A stretch of DNA of 32,000 nucleotides from Halomicronema hongdechloris C2206 (GCF_002075285.3 NZ_CP021983.2:3990001-4022000), one strand, 5' to 3'; shown: positions 1 through 8,491, counted from the stretch's first letter. Translations and numbers: made by a program. Notes: generated by a model not told the origin, from the letters alone.

Positions 1-419
1 ATCACGGCGATAGCGGTCTGGAGATGGAACAGGCCACTGTATCCCAGGAAATGTAAGCGATGAAGATGCCATAGGATAAAAACTGCCAGGAATTAACAAC
101 GTTCAACCTGAACCCTGGCCGAATGTCGATGAACCGGTTCCAGAGGATGAAGAGCAGCGACTCCCTAACCTGCTACTACAGACCTGATTGGGCCCAGATT
201 GGTCCAGAACTGTTGCAGCGAATTAAGGGCATCAACTTAGCAAATAGTCTCCGAATCAGGGCACACCTGTTCCGAGACCTCTCAGTCGATGAGATACCCG
301 CTCTAGCTAACTAGGATGACCATAGGGACAAGACTAATCAGAGGGATACCAGCTCCCCTACAGATTAGGAGGTGCCGCGATAGATTTCCTAGTTGTGTCA
401 AGTAGATTGATATTTTGGA

Positions 420-746
420 GTGAAACTTAGCAGTTACTCAATGGTTAGACGAATTGGGTTAACGATTGTATGGTTAGGCTTCATTCTGTATGCATTTTTG
501 GCCGCCCCACCGGATCATCCCCAAACGCTGGATCTGATTTTGCGCCTGAGTCGTGGCGACTGGCGTGAGATTAACCCAGCCATCGTAGTGCTGCTGGTAC
601 CGACACCGTTGGGGGATGACATGGCCCGGCGGGGCATGAAGGGACGTTGGCCTTGGGCGGTGATGGCCGTACCGATGCTTGGAGCAATTGTCTATCTGAT
701 GCTGCGGCCCCCATTGCCTGCCAACGACTCGGCACTCATCCATTAA
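420..746 (+). CDS. hypothetical small membrane protein (108 aa)
   Basis: The ORF has hydrophobic segments (IGLTIVWLGFILYAFLAA; WPWAVMAVPMLGAIVYLML) consistent with 2-3 TM helices. The opposite-strand ORF 474..743 looks like a shadow. The track start is GTG at 420, with an alternative ATG at 441. I do not recognise a family. Confidence 0.45.
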   Translation: MKLSSYSMVRRIGLTIVWLGFILYAFLAAPPDHPQTLDLILRLSRGDWREINPAIVVLLVPTPLGDDMARRGMKGRWPWAVMAVPMLGAIVYLMLRPPLPANDSALIH

Positions 747-815
747 GCATGATCCTCTCAGACAATTTTCAGCCCATCTCAGTACGCTGAGGCCCAGTCC
801 CTAGTAGAGAACGCC

Positions 816-3113
816 ATGGAATCTCTTCGACCCATTGTTAAAGATCTGGTTCTGCTTGGGGGCGGTCATTCCCATGCCATTGTGCTGCGCCAGTGGGGGA
901 TGCGACCTTTGGCAGGGGTGCAGATCACCTTGATCACCAACCTGGCCGATACTCCCTACTCTGGCATGCTGCCGTCCCATGTGGCGGGTCTCTACGATTT
1001 TGATCAGGCTCATATTGACCTACGGCCCCTGACCCGTTTCGCTCAGGCCCGTCTCTTCATGGACCGAGTCATTGGTCTCGATTTAGAGCGGCGACGGGTC
1101 ATCTGTGCCCACCATCCCCCCGTCGCCTATGATGTTCTGTCCATTGATACGGGCAGTACCCCGGCGATGGTGGCAGTGCCTGGGGCAGCTGATCATGCTG
1201 TGCCGGCCAAGCCTGTCCCTCAGCTATTGCAGGCCTGGGCCAGGGTGCGCCAGCAGCTAGAGGCGTCACCAGAGCGGCCTCTCACCATCGCCGTGGTTGG
1301 TGGCGGCATCGGCGGGGTAGAACTGACCCTGAACATGCAGGCGCGGTTGCAGAGACGACTAAAAGAGCTAGGGCGGCCACAGGATCAGGTCACATTTCAT
1401 CTGTTTCATCGCCGGGCCGAACTGGCCCCGGAGCGGTCTCGGGCCACTCGTCATTATCTGCAGCGACTGTGCCTACGACGGCGAATTCAGCTGCACCTGC
1501 AGCAAACAGTTGCTGCGGTGGAGACTATTGGCGGACCTTTGCCCTATCGAGTGCGCTGTGAGTCGGGGTTGACAGTGGCGTGCGATCGCATATTTTGGGT
1601 CACCCAAGCGGCGGCTCCCGACTGGGTACGACAGTCTGGTCTGGCTAACGATTCCCAAGGGTTCATTGCCGTTGCCGATACCCTCCAGAGTCGCTCCCAC
1701 CCCAATGTGTTCGCCGCTGGAGATGTGGCCACCATGGTTAACCATCCCCGACCCAAGGCCGGAGTCTTCGCCGTGCGTCAGGGCAAACCATTAAGCCTTA
1801 ACCTGCGGCGCCACCTGCAAGGTCAACCGCTACAACCCTTCAGGCCTCAACGGCAATTCTTGACCCTGATCGATACGGGCCGCGGCACCGCCATCGCCTC
1901 CCGGGGGCCTTTCGTGGCCGAGTCCTGTCTATTCCGATACTGGAAAGACCACATCGATCAAAAATTCATGGCTCTGTTCCGCGACTTTCCCGAAATGGGG
2001 GCATCCCGCCCATCCGACGTCGTCGTTCGCTCAGCCTCCTCTCCCCCACCCATGTACTGTGCTGGCTGTGGTTCTAAGGTGGGGCGTCCTGCCCTAGAGC
2101 AAGTTCTACAGCGGATTCAGGCCGATGTCTCTTGGCCTGTAGACACCGCCGATATCCTAGTGGGGTTGACAGCAGCCGAGGATGCTGCAGTGGTGCGAGT
2201 TCCCCATGATCGAGCCATGGTCCATACCGCCGATGGCTTCCGTGCCCTCTTAGCGGATCCGTTTATCTGCGGCCAAATCGCTGTCCACCATAGCCTCAGC
2301 GATCTCTTCGCCATGGGAGCCACTCCCCAGTCAGTGCTAGCCTTGGCTACCGTGCCCTACGCCTTACCTGCCCAACAAACCGAGATACTCTACCAACTCC
2401 TCAGCGGCGTGCAGAAAGCCCTGAGCCAAAGCCACACCCCCCTGGTTGGCGGCCATACCAGCGAAGGTCCCGAGCTCGTCCTCAGTATTGTGGCCAATGG
2501 CTTAGCCCAGCCCCAACGGCTCCTGCGCAAGCAGGGCATGGCTCCCGGCGAGGTGCTGATCCTGACCAAGCCCCTAGGGACTGGCGTCCTATTTGCAGCC
2601 GACATGCGCCGCCAAGCCAAAGGCCGTTGGATCGAGGCCGCCGTTGCCGTCATGGTGCAATCCAATCAAGCCGCCGCTCAATGTTTGATCCAACACCAAG
2701 CCACCGCCTGCACCGATGTCACCGGCTTTGGGTTCATGGGCCATCTCTTAGAGCTGGTACAAGCGTCTCAAGTAGGGGCAGTGCTGACTTTAAACCAGCT
2801 GCCAGCACTCCAGGGAGCACGTCAAGTTCTGGCCCAAGGAGTCCGCAGTTCTCTCCATCCTCAGAATCAGACCGCTGCCCAGGCCATCGAGAATGGGGCT
2901 GATTATATCGATCACCCCGACTGGCCTCTGCTGTTTGATCCCCAGACTTCTGGTGGTCTACTAGCTGCCGTGCCCCCCGATCAAGTGGAGTCTTGTCTGG
3001 CGACCCTGCACCAAGCCGGATATGCCCACAGCCTGGTAGTAGGCCGGGTTATTCCTCGTGACAATCCCACCCAACCCATTAGGATCGAGGAATGGGGGAG
3101 GAGTGAAGAGTAA
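816..3113 (+). CDS. selD: fusion protein: NDH-2-like FAD/NAD(P) pyridine nucleotide-disulfide oxidoreductase domain (N-terminal) + selenide, water dikinase SelD (C-terminal)
   Basis: The 765-aa ORF has two dinucleotide-binding motifs in its N-terminal half (LVLLGGGHSHAIV, IAVVGGGIGGVE). The C-terminal half is SelD-like: an N-terminal CAGCGSK loop at nt 2058-2078 (Cys codon, not TGA), then LTAAEDAAVV, GGHTSEG and CTDVTGFG motifs typical of the SelD/PurM fold. Confidence 0.9.
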   Translation: MESLRPIVKDLVLLGGGHSHAIVLRQWGMRPLAGVQITLITNLADTPYSGMLPSHVAGLYDFDQAHIDLRPLTRFAQARLFMDRVIGLDLERRRVICAHHPPVAYDVLSIDTGSTPAMVAVPGAADHAVPAKPVPQLLQAWARVRQQLEASPERPLTIAVVGGGIGGVELTLNMQARLQRRLKELGRPQDQVTFHLFHRRAELAPERSRATRHYLQRLCLRRRIQLHLQQTVAAVETIGGPLPYRVRCESGLTVACDRIFWVTQAAAPDWVRQSGLANDSQGFIAVADTLQSRSHPNVFAAGDVATMVNHPRPKAGVFAVRQGKPLSLNLRRHLQGQPLQPFRPQRQFLTLIDTGRGTAIASRGPFVAESCLFRYWKDHIDQKFMALFRDFPEMGASRPSDVVVRSASSPPPMYCAGCGSKVGRPALEQVLQRIQADVSWPVDTADILVGLTAAEDAAVVRVPHDRAMVHTADGFRALLADPFICGQIAVHHSLSDLFAMGATPQSVLALATVPYALPAQQTEILYQLLSGVQKALSQSHTPLVGGHTSEGPELVLSIVANGLAQPQRLLRKQGMAPGEVLILTKPLGTGVLFAADMRRQAKGRWIEAAVAVMVQSNQAAAQCLIQHQATACTDVTGFGFMGHLLELVQASQVGAVLTLNQLPALQGARQVLAQGVRSSLHPQNQTAAQAIENGADYIDHPDWPLLFDPQTSGGLLAAVPPDQVESCLATLHQAGYAHSLVVGRVIPRDNPTQPIRIEEWGRSEE

Positions 3114-3144
3114 TGGAGTGGGGGAGTGGGAGAGTGGGGGAGTT
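3101..3144. repeat. imperfect tandem array of GAGT-initiated 7-9 nt units (GAGTGAA GAGTAATG GAGTGGGG GAGTGGGA GAGTGGGGG AGTT)
   Basis: Read directly from the sequence. The first units overlap the last codons and the TAA stop (3111-3113) of the selD fusion. Confidence 0.7.
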
Positions 3145-3154
3145 TTAAGTGCTT

Positions 3155-3186
3155 AGTGTTGAGTGTTGAGTGTTGAGTGTTGAGTT
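3155..3186. repeat. heptanucleotide tandem repeat AGTGTTG x4 plus a partial copy (STRR-like)
   Basis: Perfect copies at 3155-3161, 3162-3168, 3169-3175 and 3176-3182, then a partial AGTT. Confidence 0.95.
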
Positions 3187-3202
3187 CTCTAGATAGTGCT
3201 GC

Positions 3203-3232
3203 AATTCAAAATTCAAAATTCAAAATTCAAAA
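3203..3232. repeat. heptanucleotide tandem repeat AATTCAA x4 (STRR-like)
   Basis: Perfect copies at 3203-3209, 3210-3216, 3217-3223 and 3224-3230, then AA. Confidence 0.95.
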
Positions 3233-3331
3233 CTCACCCCCCCATCTTCCCACCCTATGCCCTCCAGGCAGGCTTCGCCTACGACTTCGCTCAGGGCAAG
3301 TCTCCCCATCCACCTGCCTGAACCGCTGATA

Positions 3332-4384
3332 ATGTCCAAAGCTCTCGCTATCGACGCTTTTCTTGCCGCTCCTGGTCCAATTCTGGATGTACGTAGCCCT
3401 GGGGAGTATGGCCATGGTCACATCCCCGGGGCCATTGAGTTTTCTCTGTTCAGTGATGAGGAGCGGGCTCAGGTGGGGATTTGTTACAAGCAGCAGGGCC
3501 GTAGCGCCGCTGTAGAACTGGGATTTGCGATCGCAGGTCCCAAATTTGCCGACTTCATTGCCCGAGCCCGGATCCTCGCCCCTGACCAACAGTTGCGACT
3601 CCATTGCTGGCGCGGTGGCATGCGCAGTGGCGGCATGGCCTGGGTCTTGGAAATGGCAGGCTTCCAGGTGATCACCCTGGAAGGTGGCTATAAGGCCTTC
3701 CGGCGCTGGGTCAGACGAGTATTGGCACAGCCCCGACAACTCTTGGTACTAGGCGGCATGACCGGCACGGCCAAGACCGATACCCTCCTAGCGCTGGCAG
3801 CTCAGGGGGCGCAGGTCGTGGATTTAGAAGGATTGGCCCATCACCGTGGCAGCAGCTATGGAGGACTAGGTATGCCGCCGCAACCCTCCACAGAACACTT
3901 TGAAAATTTGATTGCCTGGCAATGGGCAACCTTGTCGCCCCATCACCCTGTCTGGATCGAAGCCGAAAGCCGGCGTATCGGCACCTGCCGTGTCCCCGAC
4001 CAGCTATTCCGCCAGATGCAAGCTGCTCCCCTCTTAGAAGTCAGGCGATCATTGCCCGAACGCTTAAATTCCCTGGTCAGGCTCTATGGTGATGCCGATC
4101 CCCAGGCGCTGATCGCGGCTACCGAGCGTATCCGCAAGCGTTTAGGAGGCCAACGAACCCAGGACGCCATCAAGCTGATTCGCCAGGGAGCCCTAAAGGA
4201 AGCCTTTGCCATCCTACTGACCTACTACGACCGCGCCTATCAATACGATTTAGACCGCCGTCAGCAAACCATTACCCCACTGGATGTGGTTGGGTTGTCC
4301 CCTGCCGAAGTTGCTCACCGGTTGCGACAGCGAGCCAAGGGACTACCGGGCCATGGTTTAGCCGCAACGACCCTGGTTCCCTAA
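3332..4384 (+). CDS. selU: tRNA 2-selenouridine synthase (SelU/MnmH/YbbB)
   Basis: It has a rhodanese domain (GHIPGAI and the active-site loop HCWRGGMRSG, Cys codon at 3605-3607) followed by the P-loop GGMTGTAKT. The track ORF opens at 3257, but I prefer the ATG at 3332 (MSKALAIDAFL) because the preceding 25 residues are low-complexity and overlap the repeat-containing spacer. Confidence 0.9.
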   Translation: MSKALAIDAFLAAPGPILDVRSPGEYGHGHIPGAIEFSLFSDEERAQVGICYKQQGRSAAVELGFAIAGPKFADFIARARILAPDQQLRLHCWRGGMRSGGMAWVLEMAGFQVITLEGGYKAFRRWVRRVLAQPRQLLVLGGMTGTAKTDTLLALAAQGAQVVDLEGLAHHRGSSYGGLGMPPQPSTEHFENLIAWQWATLSPHHPVWIEAESRRIGTCRVPDQLFRQMQAAPLLEVRRSLPERLNSLVRLYGDADPQALIAATERIRKRLGGQRTQDAIKLIRQGALKEAFAILLTYYDRAYQYDLDRRQQTITPLDVVGLSPAEVAHRLRQRAKGLPGHGLAATTLVP

Positions 4385-4717
4385 ATCTCGGAGAATCTCC
4401 AGGGGAACGCCTGTCATGGAATTTACCAAGGATTAAATATCCTGCGGCTTAGATTTGCAATTCCTTGCCAGAAATGTCCAGCAGAATCGCTATTCTTGAA
4501 AGGATAGTAAGCCGACGGTGAAAGATTATCGATAGATCCTCAGTAGTTGCACCTGCATACCATGTGTTGAAATATACGTGATTTTTCTCAGGTCGCTGAC
4601 TCCTGCTGTCGATCATCATTAAGAGGCTGATCTCGGGCGAAAGGAGAGCATGCGAGGGGATCGCGCCCTTGCGATCCACCCTAAACCGTCTTCCCGTCCC
4701 GGTAATGCTCGTGTCGC

Positions 4718-4770
4718 TTACGTCTGATTACGTCTGATTACGTCTGATTACGTCTGATTACGTCTGATTA
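4718..4770. repeat. decanucleotide tandem repeat TTACGTCTGA x5 plus a partial copy
   Basis: Five perfect copies at 4718-4727, 4728-4737, 4738-4747, 4748-4757 and 4758-4767, then TTA. The array ends 20 nt upstream of the ATG at 4791. Confidence 0.95.
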
Positions 4771-4790
4771 GTTAACCAGGTGAGAAACCC

Positions 4791-5003
4791 ATGGTCTTTT
4801 ACTGTGTTCCTGCTAGCATCGTTTTTCTAGCCACGGTGCGTGCCTTAATGAAGGATGACTCTACGCCCAATACGGATCAGTTCTCCTGGCTATTGATCGG
4901 GGTGGCTACCTTAGCATGGCCCATTACCCTGCCGATGATCCTGCGCAAGAAGATTGCCGATGCCGCTCAAGCTCGGTCCGTTAGCTCTCTCAATCATGCT
5001 TAG
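4791..5003 (+). CDS. hypothetical small membrane protein (70 aa)
   Basis: Two hydrophobic stretches (VFYCVPASIVFLATV; WLLIGVATLAWPITLPMIL). No recognisable family. Support is ORF plus hydropathy only. Confidence 0.35.
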   Translation: MVFYCVPASIVFLATVRALMKDDSTPNTDQFSWLLIGVATLAWPITLPMILRKKIADAAQARSVSSLNHA

Positions 5004-5124
5004 CAGTGATACGGCAAACGTCTACAGTTTTTTCAGTGCTTTAATCTAGAGAATCAGTGCCATCAATGGCGTTACCGGCACCCGTAAACAACTGGTGTGA
5101 ACAGCGACTATCATGGCAGAGGCA

Positions 5125-5316
5125 TCAGCCATCAGTGGGCTCAGCGGTGACACTAGCTGCCATTGCCTCCTCATCAACAGAGATGTAAAGCGTATTGGGC
5201 TGGCAGCACACCTGGCAATCTTCAATGTATTGCTGATACTCGCCGGCAGTCATATCCACGAAGAGGACATTGGCTTCGCCGCAGTAGGCACAGGAAAATT
5301 CGCTGGTGATCTGCAT
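5125..5316 (-). CDS. CPXCG-motif cysteine-rich small protein (zinc-ribbon-like)
   Basis: The 63-aa ORF has CAYCG near the N-terminus and CQVCCQPN later, which is the pattern of the CPXCG cysteine-rich family. It lies 40 nt downstream of the radical SAM gene on the same strand. Confidence 0.7.
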   Translation of the reverse strand: MQITSEFSCAYCGEANVLFVDMTAGEYQQYIEDCQVCCQPNTLYISVDEEAMAASVTAEPTDG

Positions 5317-5355
5317 AGTGGTTGAGCAAGGGGCTGATATGGCATCGGGCCAATG

Positions 5356-7074
5356 CTACACCAAGGCTGTTGCCCCTGCCGCAGGAGGAGAGTCAGCGGC
5401 TATTTCGCTAGTCTCGAGATGTTTCTTCAGGGTAGCCGCGGGCAGAGGCCCCTGCAAATGCTGCCAGGGTAATGTAGCGTCCAGCGGCCAATGATCGTGC
5501 CCATAAAAGTCTAGGGGAGGTAAGTGACCGCGCAGCGTTTTGAACGCCCGCCGATAACTTCCCAGGGAGTCGCCGTATTGCCGAGTTTGCTCTAACAGAT
5601 GAGATAATCGCCGGTCGCCTCGGGCAATCAATGCCTGGATCACTGACCAGTTATAACTTTCAGGACGGAAATCAATACCGCGCGATCGCAACTGCTTCTG
5701 CAGATATTTCAACCGCTTATTGGCGGCTGGGTTAACGCCGTACCACTGGAAAGGGGTGTGGGCTTTGGGGACAAAGGTACTGCAGCCTAAGGTCAGGCGT
5801 AGGTTGGGCGCCGCTTGCTTTAGGGTCATCATCAAGGCGACGGTCTGCTCTAGGTCTGCCATCTCTTCGCCAGGAATACCGGCCATGCCATAGAGCTTCA
5901 TGGCCTTCAAGCCGCCAGCCTGGGCCCGCATTGCCGCGGTCACAATGTCATCGTTGCTGAGTTTCTTGTTGACAATCTGACGCACCCGCGGGGACCCACT
6001 TTCCACCGCGATGGTAATCGAGCGGGTGCCATGGCGGGTGAGGGTATGGGCCAGCTTCTCATCCACCGTATTGGTGCGCACTGAGGCGATGCTGAGGCGG
6101 ATGGCATCGTACTGGGGGCGATTCAAATGATCCAGTAGGGCTTCGAATTCAGGATGTTGAGTCACGGAAGCCCCCAGCAACCCTAAGCGATCGGTGACCT
6201 GCAGGCCCTGGTCAATGGCGGGAATCAGAGACTCATTCAGGCTAGCAGTGCGGAAGGGTAGGGTCAGGTAACTGGCCAAGCAAAACCGACACAGCTCTGG
6301 ACAGCTGCGCACCACTTCTACCATGTAGATGTTTTCCCAGGCGGCCTGCTCAGTCACCACGGTAGAGGTGGAGAGGCGGTTACCGCGGTAGGTTTGCTTT
6401 TGCACCGTGGCGGGAATATCGGCATCAATGGGATGAATGCTGGCTATGGGGCCATCGTCAGCCGCGTAGGTAACGTCGTAGAGGGCCGGCACATAGATGC
6501 CAGGAATCTGGGCCAGGTGACGCAGCTGAGCCGACCGGGGCCGATCCTGGACCTGTTGGTAGCCCTCGATGAAATTGCCTAGCAGATCTTCTCCGTCGCC
6601 CAAGAGGATCAAGTCAAAAAAGTCGGCGAAGGGCTCTGGATTAGCGGTCAGCACCGGTCCTCCACCAAAGACCAGGGGATGGTCTGAGCTGCGATCGCAA
6701 GCCCGCCGCGATATCCCCAGAGACTCTAAGAGGGTGAGGACATGGCCATAATCCAACTCCCAAGAGAGGGAAAAGCCCACTAGGTCGATGGGATTGGGTA
6801 GAGGCTCGCTCTGATCTGTGAATAAGCGGCTGACAGCCACATCAGACCGTTGAGCTAACGTGGCCCACACCACCTGATAGCCCAAACTGGTGATGCCGAT
6901 GCTATAGGTGTTGGGAAAGGCGAAGACGACCGAGACGGCATCTGCGTCCGGAGCCGCCGGCGTAAATAGCAAACGCTCGGCATGAAAGGGAGACTCAGCC
7001 ACAGGCAATGGAAGACAACTACGACTCGATTGTAACGACTCCAGATCCTGGCGCTGGCCGAGGCCCGGGCTCAT
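5356..7074 (-). CDS. radical SAM protein with an N-terminal B12-binding-like domain (uncharacterised TIGR03960-type family)
   Basis: The 572-aa ORF carries the CX3CX2C cluster motif SCPELCRFCLAS (about nt 6280-6303, minus strand). Overall length and organisation are typical of conserved uncharacterised cyanobacterial radical SAM enzymes. Confidence 0.85.
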   Translation of the reverse strand: MSPGLGQRQDLESLQSSRSCLPLPVAESPFHAERLLFTPAAPDADAVSVVFAFPNTYSIGITSLGYQVVWATLAQRSDVAVSRLFTDQSEPLPNPIDLVGFSLSWELDYGHVLTLLESLGISRRACDRSSDHPLVFGGGPVLTANPEPFADFFDLILLGDGEDLLGNFIEGYQQVQDRPRSAQLRHLAQIPGIYVPALYDVTYAADDGPIASIHPIDADIPATVQKQTYRGNRLSTSTVVTEQAAWENIYMVEVVRSCPELCRFCLASYLTLPFRTASLNESLIPAIDQGLQVTDRLGLLGASVTQHPEFEALLDHLNRPQYDAIRLSIASVRTNTVDEKLAHTLTRHGTRSITIAVESGSPRVRQIVNKKLSNDDIVTAAMRAQAGGLKAMKLYGMAGIPGEEMADLEQTVALMMTLKQAAPNLRLTLGCSTFVPKAHTPFQWYGVNPAANKRLKYLQKQLRSRGIDFRPESYNWSVIQALIARGDRRLSHLLEQTRQYGDSLGSYRRAFKTLRGHLPPLDFYGHDHWPLDATLPWQHLQGPLPAATLKKHLETSEIAADSPPAAGATALV

Positions 7075-7078
7075 GAGC

Positions 7079-7108
7079 GCTAACTGACGCTAACTGACGC
7101 TAACTGAC
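7079..7108. repeat. decanucleotide tandem repeat GCTAACTGAC x3 (GTCAGTTAGC on the minus strand)
   Basis: Perfect copies at 7079-7088, 7089-7098 and 7099-7108. The third copy contains the gdhA stop codon (TAG, 7100-7102, minus strand) and its last two sense codons. The array fills the gdhA / radical-SAM spacer. Confidence 0.95.
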
Positions 7109-8395
7109 ATAGTAGGCCCGGGTCCCTTTGGCATTGAAGGCAGATTCCAGTCGCTTCAGGGCATGGACATAGGCCGCCGTCCGCAGAGGCATGGCCAGCT
7201 CCTGGGCAATGCCCCAAACCTGTTCGGCCTCAGTCACGATCATGTGTTGTAGCCGTTGGTTCACCTCTGGCAGCGACCAGTAGAGACCACTGCGGTTTTG
7301 TACCCACTCGAAATAACTCACGGTGACACCACCAGCGTTGACCAAAATATCGGGAAATACCAGGCTATGCTTAGCTGCCAGGATGCGATCGGCGGCAGAG
7401 GTAATGGGACCATTGGCCACCTCGAAGATGTAACGAGCCTGGACGGCATCGGCATTGGCCTCGGTAATTTGATTTTCCAGGGCCGCTGGCACCAAGATAT
7501 CTACATCTAGGGCTAGCAACTCGGCGTTAGTGAGGGTGTCGTAGTCATTGATCAAGCTACAGACGCTGCCCTGGCAGTACACGGCTTTGATGCTGCGGGT
7601 AGAGGCCTTAAACTGTTGCACGCTGGGAATATCTAACCCTCGGGCACAATAGATACCCCCCTGGGAATCACTCACAGCCACGACGCGGTAACCCGCATCA
7701 AACAGCAGCCGGGCGATGACACTGCCGGCATTGCCGAACCCTTGCACGGCCACGGTAGTCTCTTCAGGGGAACGGCTCAACTTGGCCATCATCGCCTGCA
7801 ACACATAGAAGGCCCCCATCCCTGTAGCGGTGTCTCGGCCCTGACTTCCCCCCAGGCTTAGGGGTTTCCCCGTAATGACGGCGGGAGAACGGCGGCGGCG
7901 AATGATGCTGTATTGATCCATCATCCAACCCATAATCATGGGATTGGTGTAGACGTCGGGAGCGGGAATATCGACATCGGGGCCAATGAAATCTGCGATC
8001 GCATCGATATACCCCCGACTCAACCGCTCCAGCTCAAATTTTGACAGCTCCTTAGGATTCAGGGTGATCCCCCCCTTGGCCCCTCCTAGCGGTAAGTTGA
8101 GGACCGCACACTTAAAGGTCATCCAAAAAGCCAGGGATTGCACCTCGTCCATAGTCACCCCCGGATGAAAGCGAATGCCTCCTTTAGTAGGGCCGCGAGT
8201 ATCGTCATAACGCACCCGATAGCCCTCAAACACCCGCAGGGCTCCATCGTCCAGCCGTATTGGAATTGACACCTTAAGACTCGCCTTGGGGAACTGCAAA
8301 CGTTCGCTGGTATCGTCAGAGATGGGCACATGCTTGAGGGCTTTCTCTAAGCGGCGATTGGCATCTAACAAAAGCGCACGGGACATCGCAGCCAT
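7100..8395 (-). CDS. gdhA: glutamate dehydrogenase (Glu/Leu/Phe/Val dehydrogenase family)
   Basis: The 431-aa ORF has the hallmark motifs KGGIRFHP, LPLGGAKGG and VAVQGFGNAG (Rossmann fold). Confidence 0.93.
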   Translation of the reverse strand: MAAMSRALLLDANRRLEKALKHVPISDDTSERLQFPKASLKVSIPIRLDDGALRVFEGYRVRYDDTRGPTKGGIRFHPGVTMDEVQSLAFWMTFKCAVLNLPLGGAKGGITLNPKELSKFELERLSRGYIDAIADFIGPDVDIPAPDVYTNPMIMGWMMDQYSIIRRRRSPAVITGKPLSLGGSQGRDTATGMGAFYVLQAMMAKLSRSPEETTVAVQGFGNAGSVIARLLFDAGYRVVAVSDSQGGIYCARGLDIPSVQQFKASTRSIKAVYCQGSVCSLINDYDTLTNAELLALDVDILVPAALENQITEANADAVQARYIFEVANGPITSAADRILAAKHSLVFPDILVNAGGVTVSYFEWVQNRSGLYWSLPEVNQRLQHMIVTEAEQVWGIAQELAMPLRTAAYVHALKRLESAFNAKGTRAYYVS

Positions 8396-8491
8396 CCTTT
8401 TCCACAGGGAAACATCAGACCCTTGAGGTAAGCAATCCCTCGATCCTGCCTGTGGTTATCACTTCTATTAAAGCGCTATCTGATAGCGCCT

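Noticed and set aside
1-314. A possible leftward-running gene start (minus-strand ATG at 72-70, MASSSLTFPGIQWPVPSPDRYRRD..) and the 63-aa plus-strand ORF 123..314.
   Set aside because: Only 24 codons of the first are visible. The second has no recognisable motif, signal or family. Neither can be supported from this window alone.
474-1013. Minus-strand ORFs 474..743 and 801..1013.
   Set aside because: They are antisense shadows of the membrane-protein ORF and of the selD fusion. Their composition is Arg/Gln/His-rich and non-protein-like.
816-4384. In-frame TGA (selenocysteine) recoding in or near the selenium genes.
   Set aside because: The SelD active-site residue is a Cys codon. No ORF in the window shows an interrupted frame that reading TGA as Sec would repair. 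The only TGA-interrupted gene (hsdR at 15400) replaces a conserved Trp in an otherwise wrecked gene.
4385-4717. An ORF-poor, AT-richer stretch after selU (including the 76-aa minus-strand ORF 4449..4679), examined as a possible riboswitch or sRNA (TPP or cobalamin).
   Set aside because: I found only short DNA palindromes (GGAGAATCTCC, TATCGATA, GGATCGC-N6-GCGATCC). There was no ordered match to the TPP (CUGAGA ... ACCUGAUCUGGAUAAUGCCAGCG) or B12-box consensus. The 76-aa ORF has no supporting features.
3101-4770. The tandem repeat arrays, considered as a CRISPR array.
   Set aside because: The units are 7-10 nt and directly abutting, with no spacers, and there are no cas genes. They are simple tandem repeats.
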